From Azolla caroliniana (lineage: Eukaryota > Plantae > Polypodiophyta): DNA of 64,000 bases. The stretch lies in assembly GCA_043228905.1 (NCBI GenBank), contig JBHGNT010000013.1:4898001-4962000 (forward strand), read 5' to 3'. Numbering within the stretch: position 1 is the first letter of the stretch; each line of letters opens with the position of its first letter. Positions 26,617 through 37,000 of this stretch are shown here, piece after piece. The notes under the pieces are model-generated. The model made no database searches. It was not told the DNA's origin and was given only the letters and a program-made list of their open reading frames with translations. The position numbers were made by a program, and so were the translations under genes.

Positions 26617-27555
26617 GTTTGTGGTTTTCTAGTATTAGACTTTTTAGTGTGTGATTTAGTGTAAGGGGAGAAGGGGAAACAAGAGTTTGTTCTACCTAGC
26701 CACATGTAGGTATCGCAAGTTAAGGGGGAACTCTGTAGTATGTAAAAGAGACGCTTACAAGGGTACAAGGCGTGCTTAAAATGTTTACTAATTCGTTTAG
26801 CATGCCTCACTACCCTAAAAGAGGGAGTGTGTGAAGATATTAGGGGGGGAGGGGGCAGTGTTAGAAATAGGAGGAGGGGTAAGACCAGAATTATACAAAG
26901 TGTTGGGGAAAAATATGGGTGGGGGTCATTACAAAAAGGGGGAAGGGGGTTAGGTTGGGGAATATTAGAAAGTAACGAAGGGGTATACAAGGAATTTTTA
27001 GAAAATGTGGGAGGGTTTTGAGAGTGAAAGGGGTGTGGGTGTGGTGGCCATGAATAATGAAAGAGGGATGGGTTATGCTGTCAAGACTGAGAGAGAGAGA
27101 AAGAGAGAGAGAAAGAGAGAGAAAAAGGGATAGAGAGATAATTGAAAGAGAATTATTATATTGAAGCGTAAAATGGATTACAAAGAGTAGGCTACAAAAT
27201 GGCGTTGAACCAATTTAGGTTTGGGATGGGTGGTAGATCCCTATTTATAAGTAATAGAGAACTCTCTAGAATATTCTAGGTTATCCTAGAATGTAGAGTA
27301 ATCTAGAAGATCTCTAGAGTATTCTAGAAGGTTCTAGTGGTATAGAACACTCTAGAATATTCTAGGTCATTCTAGAATGTAGAGTAATATAGAATATTCC
27401 TATGATATTAGATTTCATATTCTAAAGACTATACATATAAGAATATTAATACAATGGTTAAGGATTTGACATGTGTACAACAAGGTCGTGGGTTCAAATC
27501 CTTTCGAGTCATAATGTGAGTGTCATGATCCTTTCGATGCATGATGTGACTGTTA

Positions 27556-30500
27556 TCATGACACTATCCCCCTTCTTCGACGACACGTCTCACGGGTCGT
27601 AGGGTTTGTATTAGGACCTGGTTTACAAGGATATTGGCGATGAAATGCATTGACGAGTTCTGCAGCATTGGAAAGATTTGTGGCAGGTTCCCAAGTTCGA
27701 TCATTGGGGGTATAGCCTAGCCAATCGACCAAGTAATACAACTTGTTGCGCACGATTTTAGAATCGAGAACAGCAGCAACTTCAAATTCAGGCCCGTCCA
27801 AGAACTCGACAGGTGGTGGGGGTGTCGTAAGACGGCCCGGAATTGAACTTGTAGTATAAGGTTCCAAAAGGGATACATGAAACACCGGATGAAGATGCAT
27901 GTGCGGAGGGAGGTCAAGACGAAATGCAACATCACTTATCTTACCAGTGATCATGTAAGGGCCAAAACGTTGGTAATCCAATTTACTGCAAGGTCGAGTG
28001 GTCTTGATGTTGTGTTGGAGAAGCCATACATGATCCCCAATGCGGAACTTTTTTGAGGAGTCTAGATGATGACGATCGGCAAGCCTCTTGTGTGTAAATT
28101 GAGCATCGTGCAAATTGTGGAGAATGTTAGCTTGAATTTCTTGGAGGCGACTAAGACGATCCTCGACAGCAGGGTTGGTAGGAACTTCTGGATGCGCATT
28201 CATCGTCCATCGAGGATGACAGCCCATATTTGCGAAAAATGGGGAATATCCTGTAGAAGAATGGGCTGAGTTGTTGTAAGCGAATTCCGCCAAGTGCAAA
28301 AATGCAACCCAATCATCTTGTTGATAGTTGATGAAACAACAAAGATATTGTTCCAATGTCTGGTTGGTACGCTCTGTTTGGCCATTTGTTTCAGGATGAT
28401 AGCCCGAAGAAAGCTTAACTGAAATGTGGAGAAGTTTGAACAGGTGCTTCCAAAACTTTGAGATGAATTGTGGACCACGATCACTAATAATATCATCTGG
28501 CAGACCATGATGCTTAAATACCTCCCGCATAACGAGATCAGCCGTCTCTTGACTAGTAATCGACTTTGTACATGGCAAGAAATGTGCCATTTTGGTAAAT
28601 CGATCAACCACTGTGAGAATTGCATCAAAACCTTTTGAAACTGGGAGATCAATAATGAAGTCCAAGGATATAGACTTCCAAGGTGTTTCCGGAATGGGAA
28701 GTGGTTGTAGTAAGCCATAGGGTCGGTGACGAGGATTCTTTGATCGACAACATATATCACAACTCCGAACATACTCCTCAACAAAATGACGAAGGCGAGG
28801 CCACCAATAGTGTCGAGAAATTAATTCTAGAGTCTTGTGAACTCCAAAATGACCAGCCATTGGTGAGTCATGGCAATGTTGCAAAACTTGTAGCCGTGGG
28901 GGACCATCAGGAACATACAATAAATTTTGTCGAAATAGAAAACCATCATGCCAATAGAACTGACAATAGTCATTACGAGGATTTTTCGACTGTGAGCAAG
29001 AAGCACGATCCGGGACGATATGATCCAAAACATCCTTGGCGAAATCATCAGTGGCCATATGATCTCGAATGGAATCAAGAAGAGTGGAATTTTCAAGAGC
29101 TGTTATGGCGTTAACTACCATTAATCGTAATCGATTAGGACCCAAAAGGATTTGTTTTTGATGCTCAAAAGCAGGTTCCCCTGGACGAAGTTCCATATAA
29201 GAGCGTCGAGAAAGAGCATCTGCTTTGCCTTGCTGCATCCCAGGGCGATATATGATGATAAAGTCGAAGTGAGTCAAAAATTGCGCCCACCGGGCTTGTC
29301 GCCGACTCAAGACTCGAGCATTTTGGAAATAAGTCAGGTTCTTATGATCATTGTAGACAATGATCTGCTGAGAAGAACCTTCTAGGAAATGTCGCCATTG
29401 TTGAAACGAATCCACGATTGCAAGAAGCTCTTTGTCATGGATCTCGTAGTTGATCTCTGCAGCTTCAAACTTTCGTGAATGAAAGGCGACAGGGTGTAGT
29501 TGTCCATCATCTCCAGTCTGCGAGAGGACACTCCCTAGTGCAAAATCGGATGCATCGGCTTCGAGGATGAAGCGTTTTGTTGGGTCGACATGTGCTAAGA
29601 TAGGTGCCGTTGTAAATGCTCGTTTTAAGCTTTCGAATGCCTCGGATGCATCTGAAATCCATATAAATGGTTGATCTTTATGTGTGAGCTGAGTAAGCGG
29701 AAGTACAACCTTGGAATAATCTTTAATAAATTTTCGATAAAAATTTGCAAACCCGAGAAAACATTGCACATCACGTACTGAAAGGGGCGTTTGCCACTCT
29801 AAAATTGCCTGTACCTTCATGGGGTCCATAGCAATACCATTTGACGATACAACATACCCCAAAAATTCCACTTGATTCTGGCCGAAACTACACTTTTCTA
29901 ATTTTGCATAGAGACCATATTCTCGGAGTCGGCACAGTACTTGACGAACATGTGCATCATGCTCCTCTTGGGTCTTTGAGTAGATTAAAATATCATCTAG
30001 GTAAACTATAGTGAAGATATCAAGAAAATCTCGAAAAATATCGTTCGCCATATGTTGGAAAACAACAGGTGCATTCGTGAGACCAAATGGCATCACCGTA
30101 TACTCAAAATGTCCATAGCGAGTGCGGAAAGCTGTCTTCCATTCATCCCCCGGGCGAATCCGAACTAGATTATATGCTCCGCGAAGGTCCAACTTCGTGA
30201 AATATTTTGCACCACTGAGACGTTCCAAAAGATTCGGGATTAATGGTAGAGCATATCTATTTCGGATAGTCACTTTGTTTAGCCCTCGATAATCCACGAC
30301 CAACCGAAGAGTCCCATTCTTCTTCTTAACGAAGAAGATAGGTGCACCAGCAGGGGATCTAGAATGCCGAATGAATCCGTTTGCCAGATTCTCATCAATA
30401 TATTCCCGCAAAGTCTCTAGCTCTACAGGGGAGAGATTATAAATTGGGCCCCATGGAGGTTCTTTCCCTGGTTGTAAGTCAATAGGGCAATCGTATGGCC

Positions 30501-31200
30501 GATGCTCCGGCAATGTATTGGCCTTCACCTTATCAAAGACATCTGAAAACTCCTTGTATTTCTCTGGTAGTTTAATATCCGCGTCACGTGAAGTGGATGA
30601 TGGAGTTGCTACTATTGCGAAGACGAACATGGCCTCGTTCCCCCCTTCCTCCCGCAACTGTCGTAAAGAGATGGGCGATAACTCCGGGGATCTATTAGCA
30701 CATGTAGGAGAGAGGGATGCGGGATTTGTGCTTTTTTCCCGAGTCTCCTCAATTGTTCTTTTCATCCAATCAATCTTCGGGTTATGGAGTTCAAACCAGG
30801 GGAGACCTAGAACTATTGGGTGGTCCGAACTACGAATAATATTGAAAGAGATTATGCTTGCCAAATTGCCAAGAACTATCCTAATTGGCTCGGACTCCTC
30901 GACTATATCTCCTGAAGCTATGGGATGTCCATCGATGACTCCTACGGCTACTGGGTTGGGAAGCTTATTCAAGAGGATGTTTTGTGACAAGGCAAATTCA
31001 CGATCCATGAAACAAGAGTTGGCTCCAGAATCTAGAAGGGCAGAGGCTAGGACTCGATGACATGTAGATGTGGTAAGCTCGACTTGTGCTGAAAAAACTT
31101 GACTCACTTGATTTGATGAAATGGAACCACGACTATGAACTAACTCTACATAGCTAGGATGGTCCAGCCAAATGGCTCCTATTTTGGCCGGACTTACTCG
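27556..31200 (-). CDS. pol: Pol (PR-RT-RNaseH-IN-chromodomain), probably expressed by -1 frameshift
   Basis: LLDSGA, YLDD, RNase H, HHCC/DDE integrase, YLVDWLGY..TWEP chromodomain; frame stays open upstream to the gag end. Confidence 0.92.
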   Translation of the reverse strand, partial: RVSPAKIGAIWLDHPSYVELVHSRGSISSNQVSQVFSAQVELTTSTCHRVLASALLDSGANSCFMDREFALSQNILLNKLPNPVAVGVIDGHPIASGDIVEESEPIRIVLGNLASIISFNIIRSSDHPIVLGLPWFELHNPKIDWMKRTIEETREKSTNPASLSPTCANRSPELSPISLRQLREEGGNEAMFVFAIVATPSSTSRDADIKLPEKYKEFSDVFDKVKANTLPEHRPYDCPIDLQPGKEPPWGPIYNLSPVELETLREYIDENLANGFIRHSRSPAGAPIFFVKKKNGTLRLVVDYRGLNKVTIRNRYALPLIPNLLERLSGAKYFTKLDLRGAYNLVRIRPGDEWKTAFRTRYGHFEYTVMPFGLTNAPVVFQHMANDIFRDFLDIFTIVYLDDILIYSKTQEEHDAHVRQVLCRLREYGLYAKLEKCSFGQNQVEFLGYVVSSNGIAMDPMKVQAILEWQTPLSVRDVQCFLGFANFYRKFIKDYSKVVLPLTQLTHKDQPFIWISDASEAFESLKRAFTTAPILAHVDPTKRFILEADASDFALGSVLSQTGDDGQLHPVAFHSRKFEAAEINYEIHDKELLAIVDSFQQWRHFLEGSSQQIIVYNDHKNLTYFQNARVLSRRQARWAQFLTHFDFIIIYRPGMQQGKADALSRRSYMELRPGEPAFEHQKQILLGPNRLRLMVVNAITALENSTLLDSIRDHMATDDFAKDVLDHIVPDRASCSQSKNPRNDYCQFYWHDGFLFRQNLLYVPDGPPRLQVLQHCHDSPMAGHFGVHKTLELISRHYWWPRLRHFVEEYVRSCDICCRSKNPRHRPYGLLQPLPIPETPWKSISLDFIIDLPVSKGFDAILTVVDRFTKMAHFLPCTKSITSQETADLVMREVFKHHGLPDDIISDRGPQFISKFWKHLFKLLHISVKLSSGYHPETNGQTERTNQTLEQYLCCFINYQQDDWVAFLHLAEFAYNNSAHSSTGYSPFFANMGCHPRWTMNAHPEVPTNPAVEDRLSRLQEIQANILHNLHDAQFTHKRLADRHHLDSSKKFRIGDHVWLLQHNIKTTRPCSKLDYQRFGPYMITGKISDVAFRLDLPPHMHLHPVFHVSLLEPYTTSSIPGRLTTPPPPVEFLDGPEFEVAAVLDSKIVRNKLYYLVDWLGYTPNDRTWEPATNLSNAAELVNAFHRQYPCKPGPNTNPTTRETCRRRRGIVS

Positions 31201-32318
31201 TTTAACACATCCTCTAATTGACTCAAGACATCGAATCTATTCTCATGACATGGACTATGAGGCTTATTTATGTTATTAGAAGTAACAATAGAACTCGATG
31301 TAGGGTTTTCATGGGCACTTACTTGGTATACTTGACGCCTAGGTTTATGTGGACAATTTACAGCTATATGTCCTGGACCACCACAATACAGGCAGAGGCG
31401 ATGCGCTCGACGTCGTTGCTTCTCAGCATCTGATAACGGCCCACGACGTTGTGTTGACTCTATTTCCATCGGAGTTGGGCCATCCCTTGTAATGGGTCTA
31501 GAAACTTGTGGAGGCGTTACGACTACGGAAGCGTAAGTCTGTTCAGGTTGGCGGCGTAACATTTGTTGGCGCTCAGAACGTCGCTCAAATAGGCGATTAT
31601 CACATCGCACAGCTCGACTAATGGCTTCTGTAAGTGACTTCGGATCTTCAGGGAAAGTAAGAAGAAGATCTTTGACATCATTTCTCAAACCTTGACGGAA
31701 TTGATCCATTAAAGCTGCCTCATCCCAAGGGATATCGCATGCCAAGAGACAGAAATCGGCTGCATAAGACGACACGGGACGATCTCCTTGTCGGAGCCTT
31801 CGAATCTTGTTTATCGCTGTCCTAGTGCTGTCAGTGTCTCCGAAACTAGCTTGAAACTCTTTAACAAAGGCCTCGAAATCCTCCAGCAATGGTGATTTCT
31901 TCTCGAGAAGTGGTGCGAACCATGCTAACGCCGTACCGCATAGCAAAGTTCCCACTAATCCCACACGAGCAGCATCAGTTGGATACCGATTGGGATGTAG
32001 CTGAATAACTAAACGAACTTGATTCAAAAAGCCTCGAAATAAAGACCTCGTACCATCAAACTTGGCAGGGAGGCTGATCTTTGGCTCTCTAGGGGAGTTC
32101 TGAGCCCCCGACGCTTGCTCTCGTAATGACAATATAGTCGCCTCAAGTTGATGAACCCGTTGTGATAACTCTTCATATTGTTGAGCTTTTTCGGCGCTCA
32201 CGTGTTGTAGATCTCCAAGTAGCCTTTGATTCTCATGCTCTAATGCCACAAATTTATTCGTGAGCATGTCGAGCTCAGAAAGAACACGCATGTATTCTTG
32301 TTTGCTCACGGACTCCAT
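31194..32318 (-). CDS. gag: Gag with CCHC zinc knuckle
   Basis: 374 aa ORF; [14 protein letters not shown]; PTPMEI motif. Confidence 0.92.
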   Translation of the reverse strand: MESVSKQEYMRVLSELDMLTNKFVALEHENQRLLGDLQHVSAEKAQQYEELSQRVHQLEATILSLREQASGAQNSPREPKISLPAKFDGTRSLFRGFLNQVRLVIQLHPNRYPTDAARVGLVGTLLCGTALAWFAPLLEKKSPLLEDFEAFVKEFQASFGDTDSTRTAINKIRRLRQGDRPVSSYAADFCLLACDIPWDEAALMDQFRQGLRNDVKDLLLTFPEDPKSLTEAISRAVRCDNRLFERRSERQQMLRRQPEQTYASVVVTPPQVSRPITRDGPTPMEIESTQRRGPLSDAEKQRRRAHRLCLYCGGPGHIAVNCPHKPRRQVYQVSAHENPTSSSIVTSNNINKPHSPCHENRFDVLSQLEDVLNE

Positions 32319-33029
32319 AGCTTATGAGGGGAAAGGAGAAGGAAGAAGAGAACTTGTTAGGGTTTGTGGAAGACGAAGAGATGAAAGGAAGTAAATTGGT
32401 TCAAACTGTCAAGACCGAGAGAGAGAGAAAGAGAGAGAGAAAGAGAGAGAAAAAGGGATAGAGAGATAATTGAAAGAGAATTATTATATTGAAGCGTAAA
32501 ATGGATTACAAAGAGTAGGCTACAAAATGGCGTTGAACCAATTTAGGTTTGGGATGGGTGGTAGATCCCTATTTATAAGTAATAGAGAACTCTCTAGAAT
32601 ATTCTAGGTTATCCTAGAATGTAGAGTAATCTAGAAGATCTCTAGAGTATTCTAGAAGGTTCTAGTGGTATAGAACACTCTAGAATATTCTAGGTCATTC
32701 TAGAATGTAGAGTAATATAGAATATTCCTATGATATTAGATTTCATATTCTAAAGACTATACATATAAGAATATTAATACAATGGTTAAGGATTTGACAT
32801 GTGTACAACAAGGTCGTGGGTTCAAATCCTTTCGAGTCATAATGTGAGTGTCATGATCCTTTCGATGCATGATGTGACTGTTATCATGACATATGCTGCC
32901 CTATTGTAGGAGGAGGGAAAGAAAATTGAGTGGGAAAGGAGGGGGGATGAGAGGCCTCGAGGGGCTTAATATACAGAGGAGGGTTGGAGAGCAAGGGGGG
33001 AAGGTGAGAATGGGGGAGGTCGACACCTC

Positions 33030-33963
33030 TGTAGTTGACTACACGCGCCGAGTCGGGAACACCGCCACCCTTCTTTACCTTTAATCCATTGTGTTGTTGG
33101 TGGTTGTGTTTGCCTTTAATCCGAGTCGGGAACACCGCCACCCGTCTTTACCTTCTTCGACTTCTTCGGCCGATTCGAATTCGGTTCCCTGTTTGGCCGT
33201 TTCCTCTCGTTCTTCAGTCAGTTCTCGATTTTGCCAAGTATTAACTCGGCCGACTGGCTCAAATTCGATTTCGATCGATTCGGCTGAGTGTCAACTTGGT
33301 TTGATTCGGTAGTGCGAAACTTATTCTCAATCTCCCAGTCAACTATTGTCTTTTCCTCCATGAAGACAATGTCGCGGCTCCTAATCACTTTCTTTTCGGC
33401 TAAGTACCATAGCCGATAGCCAAATTCATCATTGCCGTAGCCGAGAAATATGCATGGCCGAGATTTCGAGTCCAACTTCCCCCTTTGGTCCTTTGCCACA
33501 TGCACATAAGCAAGACAACCGAACACCCTCAAATGTTGGTATGATATGTCTTTGCTACTCCACATCCTTTGTGGAATATCACTGTCCAAGGGTACTGAGG
33601 GTGATTGGTTTATCACGTACGCTGCCATCATCAACGCCTCAACCCAGAACGTCTTCGGTAACTTAGCATGTGCAAGCCTACTTCGGAACCTTTCCATTAC
33701 GTTTTGGTTCATTCTCTCGGCCAGCCCATTAAGCTCTGGCATCTTCAACACTATATAATCGAGCCGGATTCCTTGATTTCGGAGGTATTCCTCGAACGGT
33801 CCACGATACTCTCCGCCATTGTCCGCTCAGACTGCCTTCAATTTTCGGCCGCTTTCTGTCACGAATAGTACGAAAACAGAGAGAGAATTAGTACTGGAAA
33901 AGGGAAGTACTATTAGTACTAAGAGGACGGGACTGTGTAAGACTCCCGAGAGAGAGGAAAGAG

Positions 33964-34010
<47 letters not shown>

Positions 34011-37000
34011 GAGGATGAGAGAGAGAGAGATGATGATAATAGATGATATATTATATGAAGAGTAAGTACAAGATGGCTATGAGGCTTAAGACTGGCATTG
34101 AACCAATTTGGTTCAACCTATTGCCTTGTGCCTCCTTTTATAGTGTTCTCAGGAGGAAGTCCTGAAGCTTCTAGGATGTTCCAGAGAAATTTGGAATATA
34201 CATTAATTTCCTATAATAAAACTTAGACGAAAATAATATTCTATGTATTACAATAGATGGTATAATGGTCAAGAGCTCGACCCATATAACGTAAGGTCAT
34301 GGGTTCGATTCTTGCCATATCATGACACTATCCCCCCCTTAAGACAACGAGTGTAATGAGTCAGCGTTGATTGAGGACCAAGTTTGTCCGGATACTGTCG
34401 GTGGAAATAAGCAAGAAGATCCTGAGCATTAGCGACATGCTCGACAGGTTCCCAAGTACGTTCGCTCGGACTATAGCCAAGCCAATTGACCAAATAATAA
34501 AGTTTGTTGCGAACAAATTTGGAGTCGAGGACAACATCAACTTCATACTCCGGGCCGACTTCTAACTCAAGAAGAGAACTATGGAAGACCGGATGTATCT
34601 GAAGATGTGGAGGAAGATCAAGGCGGAATGTGACATCATTAACCTTACTAGTAATACGGAAAGGACCGAGTCGCCGATAATCCAACTTGTCGCATGGTCG
34701 AGTAGTCTTGATGTGACGACGTAAGAGCCATACTCGATCTTCGATGGCAAAAGAGGAGGGAAGGCGATGAAGATCCACATAAGTCTTGTGTGTGTGTTGA
34801 GCATGACGAAGATGAGTAGAGAGATCCATCTGGATCTTGCGTAACCTCTCCAAATGATCCTCGGCACGAGGATTGGTAGGTAGTTCCGGGGTGTCGATCA
34901 CAGAACAATGAGGATGAGAACCAGTGTAAGCATAAAATGGGGAGACCCAAGTTGAGGAGTGAATAGCGTTATTATAAGCAAACTCTGCAAAGTGGAGAAT
35001 ATCAGCCCAATCGTCTTGCTGATAACTCAGAAAACACCGGAGGTATTGTTCCAGCGTTTGATTTGTTCGTTCCGCCTGCCCATCGGTCTGGGGATGGTAG
35101 CCGGAGGAGAGGTTACAAGAGACCTTGAGCATCTTGAAGAGATGCTTCCAAAATTTGGAGATAAATTTAGGTCCTCGGTCACTGATGATACTGTTTGGGA
35201 GGCCATGGTGCCGAAATACCTCATGCATGACAAGGGCAGCGGTTTCCTCACTAGTGATGGCCTTAGTGCACGGCACAAAATGTGCCATCTTAGTATATCG
35301 ATCAACGACAGTTAAGATAGCATCGAAACCATTCGAGACGGGCATATTTGTGATAAAATCAAGACAAATAGACTGCCACGGCTTACTTGGAATCGGTAAG
35401 GGTTCCAACAAGCCATATGGATGATGTCGTGGCATCTTTGCTCGGCAGCAAGCATCACAGGTCCGAACGTAGTTGTCGACAAAATGTTGCATATGGGACC
35501 ACCAAAAGGATCGTTGAACTAGATCCAACGTCTTCGTACTACCGAAATGTCCCACTGTATGTGTGTCATGACAATTTTGGACGACTTGAAGGCGACAGGA
35601 GCAATTAGGAACATATACGAGGGTTTTAAAGAACAATAAACCATCATGATATTCGAATTGTCGGTAGTCCATACCTGGTTGTTGAGACTGGGAACAGGAT
35701 GCTCGAGAGGTATCAATGTGCGCTAGAATGGCTTGAGGAAAACTGTCTGTCTTCAAGTTAGCACGTATGGCATCGATAATCCGGGAATCTAGTGGAGTGT
35801 GAAAAATCTGCGTTGTGTGCAAATGTGTTGGTCCCAAGATTACCTGCTTTTGATTATCAAATGCTGGATCACCAGGAAGAGGTACAAGATATGAACGCCA
35901 CGATAGTGCATTTGCTTTTCCTTGTTGCTTCCCCGGTCTATATGTGATTTTGAAGTCAAAACTCGTGAGGAATTGGGCCCACCGAGCTTGCCGTCGATTT
36001 AGTACACGAGCGTTTTGGAAATAAGCAAGGTTTTTGTGATCATTGAAGACGATGACCGGATGTGGAGAGCCCTCTAAGAAGTGCTGCCATTGCACAAATG
36101 AATCCACGATGGCTAATAACTCCTTGTCATGTATCTCGTTGTTGATTTCTCCGGCATCAAATTTGCACGAATGGAAAGCCACAGGATACAACTCTTCTTT
36201 ATCTCCTTGTTGAGAAAGGATGCTACCGAGGGCGAAATCTGATGCATCGGCCTCCATGATGAATGGTTTGTTTGTATCCACATGAGCTAGAATAGGAGCT
36301 GATGTAAAGGCTTTCTTAAGATGCCTAAAAGCCATGTCCGCTTCATTTGACCAAAGAAATGCATGTCCCTTCTTCGTAAGCTGTATGAGAGGTAAAATAA
36401 TCTTTGAGTAATCTTGGATAAACTTGCAGTAGAAGTTAGCAAAACCTAGGAAAAATTGTACATCTCATAATGAACGTGGAGTTTGCCACTCAAGCACAGT
36501 TTTGACTTTAGCTAGATCCATGGAGATGCCCTTTGGGGAGATGACGTAGCCTAGAAATTCCACTTGCTTGCAGTCAAAGCTACATTTTTCTAGTTTGGCA
36601 TAAAGAACATTCTCTCAGAGTCGTTTTAGTACTAATAGTACATGAGAATCATACTCTTCTTGTGTCTTCGAATAAATCAATAGATCATCTAGATAGATGA
36701 TCAAACAGATATCCAAGAGGTCTCTGAATATATCATTTGCCATGTGCTAGAAGACTGCAGGCGCATTGGTTAGACCGAATGGCATAACGGTATACTCGAA
36801 ATGCCCATACCACGTGCGAAAGGCGGTCTTCCATTCATCTCCTGGTTGGATCCGCACGAGGTTATACGCTCCTCGTAGATCAATTTTTGTAAAAAACTTG
36901 GCACCATTTACTCGCTCTAAAAGACTTGATATAAGAGGAAGTGCATACCTATTCCTGATGGTGACCTTATTCAAGCCGCGGTAATCAACGACGAGACGAA

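Larger units (their letters stand above)
27079..32891 (-). mobile_element. Intact, very young chromoviral Ty3/Gypsy element (Tcn1-like)
   Basis: 485-bp LTRs 27079-27563 and 32407-32891 differing at one visible base, TSD TATGC, intact gag and pol with chromodomain. Confidence 0.97.

Noticed and set aside
26690-26740. Possible second hammerhead motif (ctacagag…gatac-cta…tag-gta on the minus strand)
   Set aside because: Both core boxes deviate from CUGANGA and GAAA; not supportable
27451-27505. Functional tRNA genes in LTRs
   Set aside because: No complete cloverleaf or recognisable anticodon arm; reported only as tRNA-like segments
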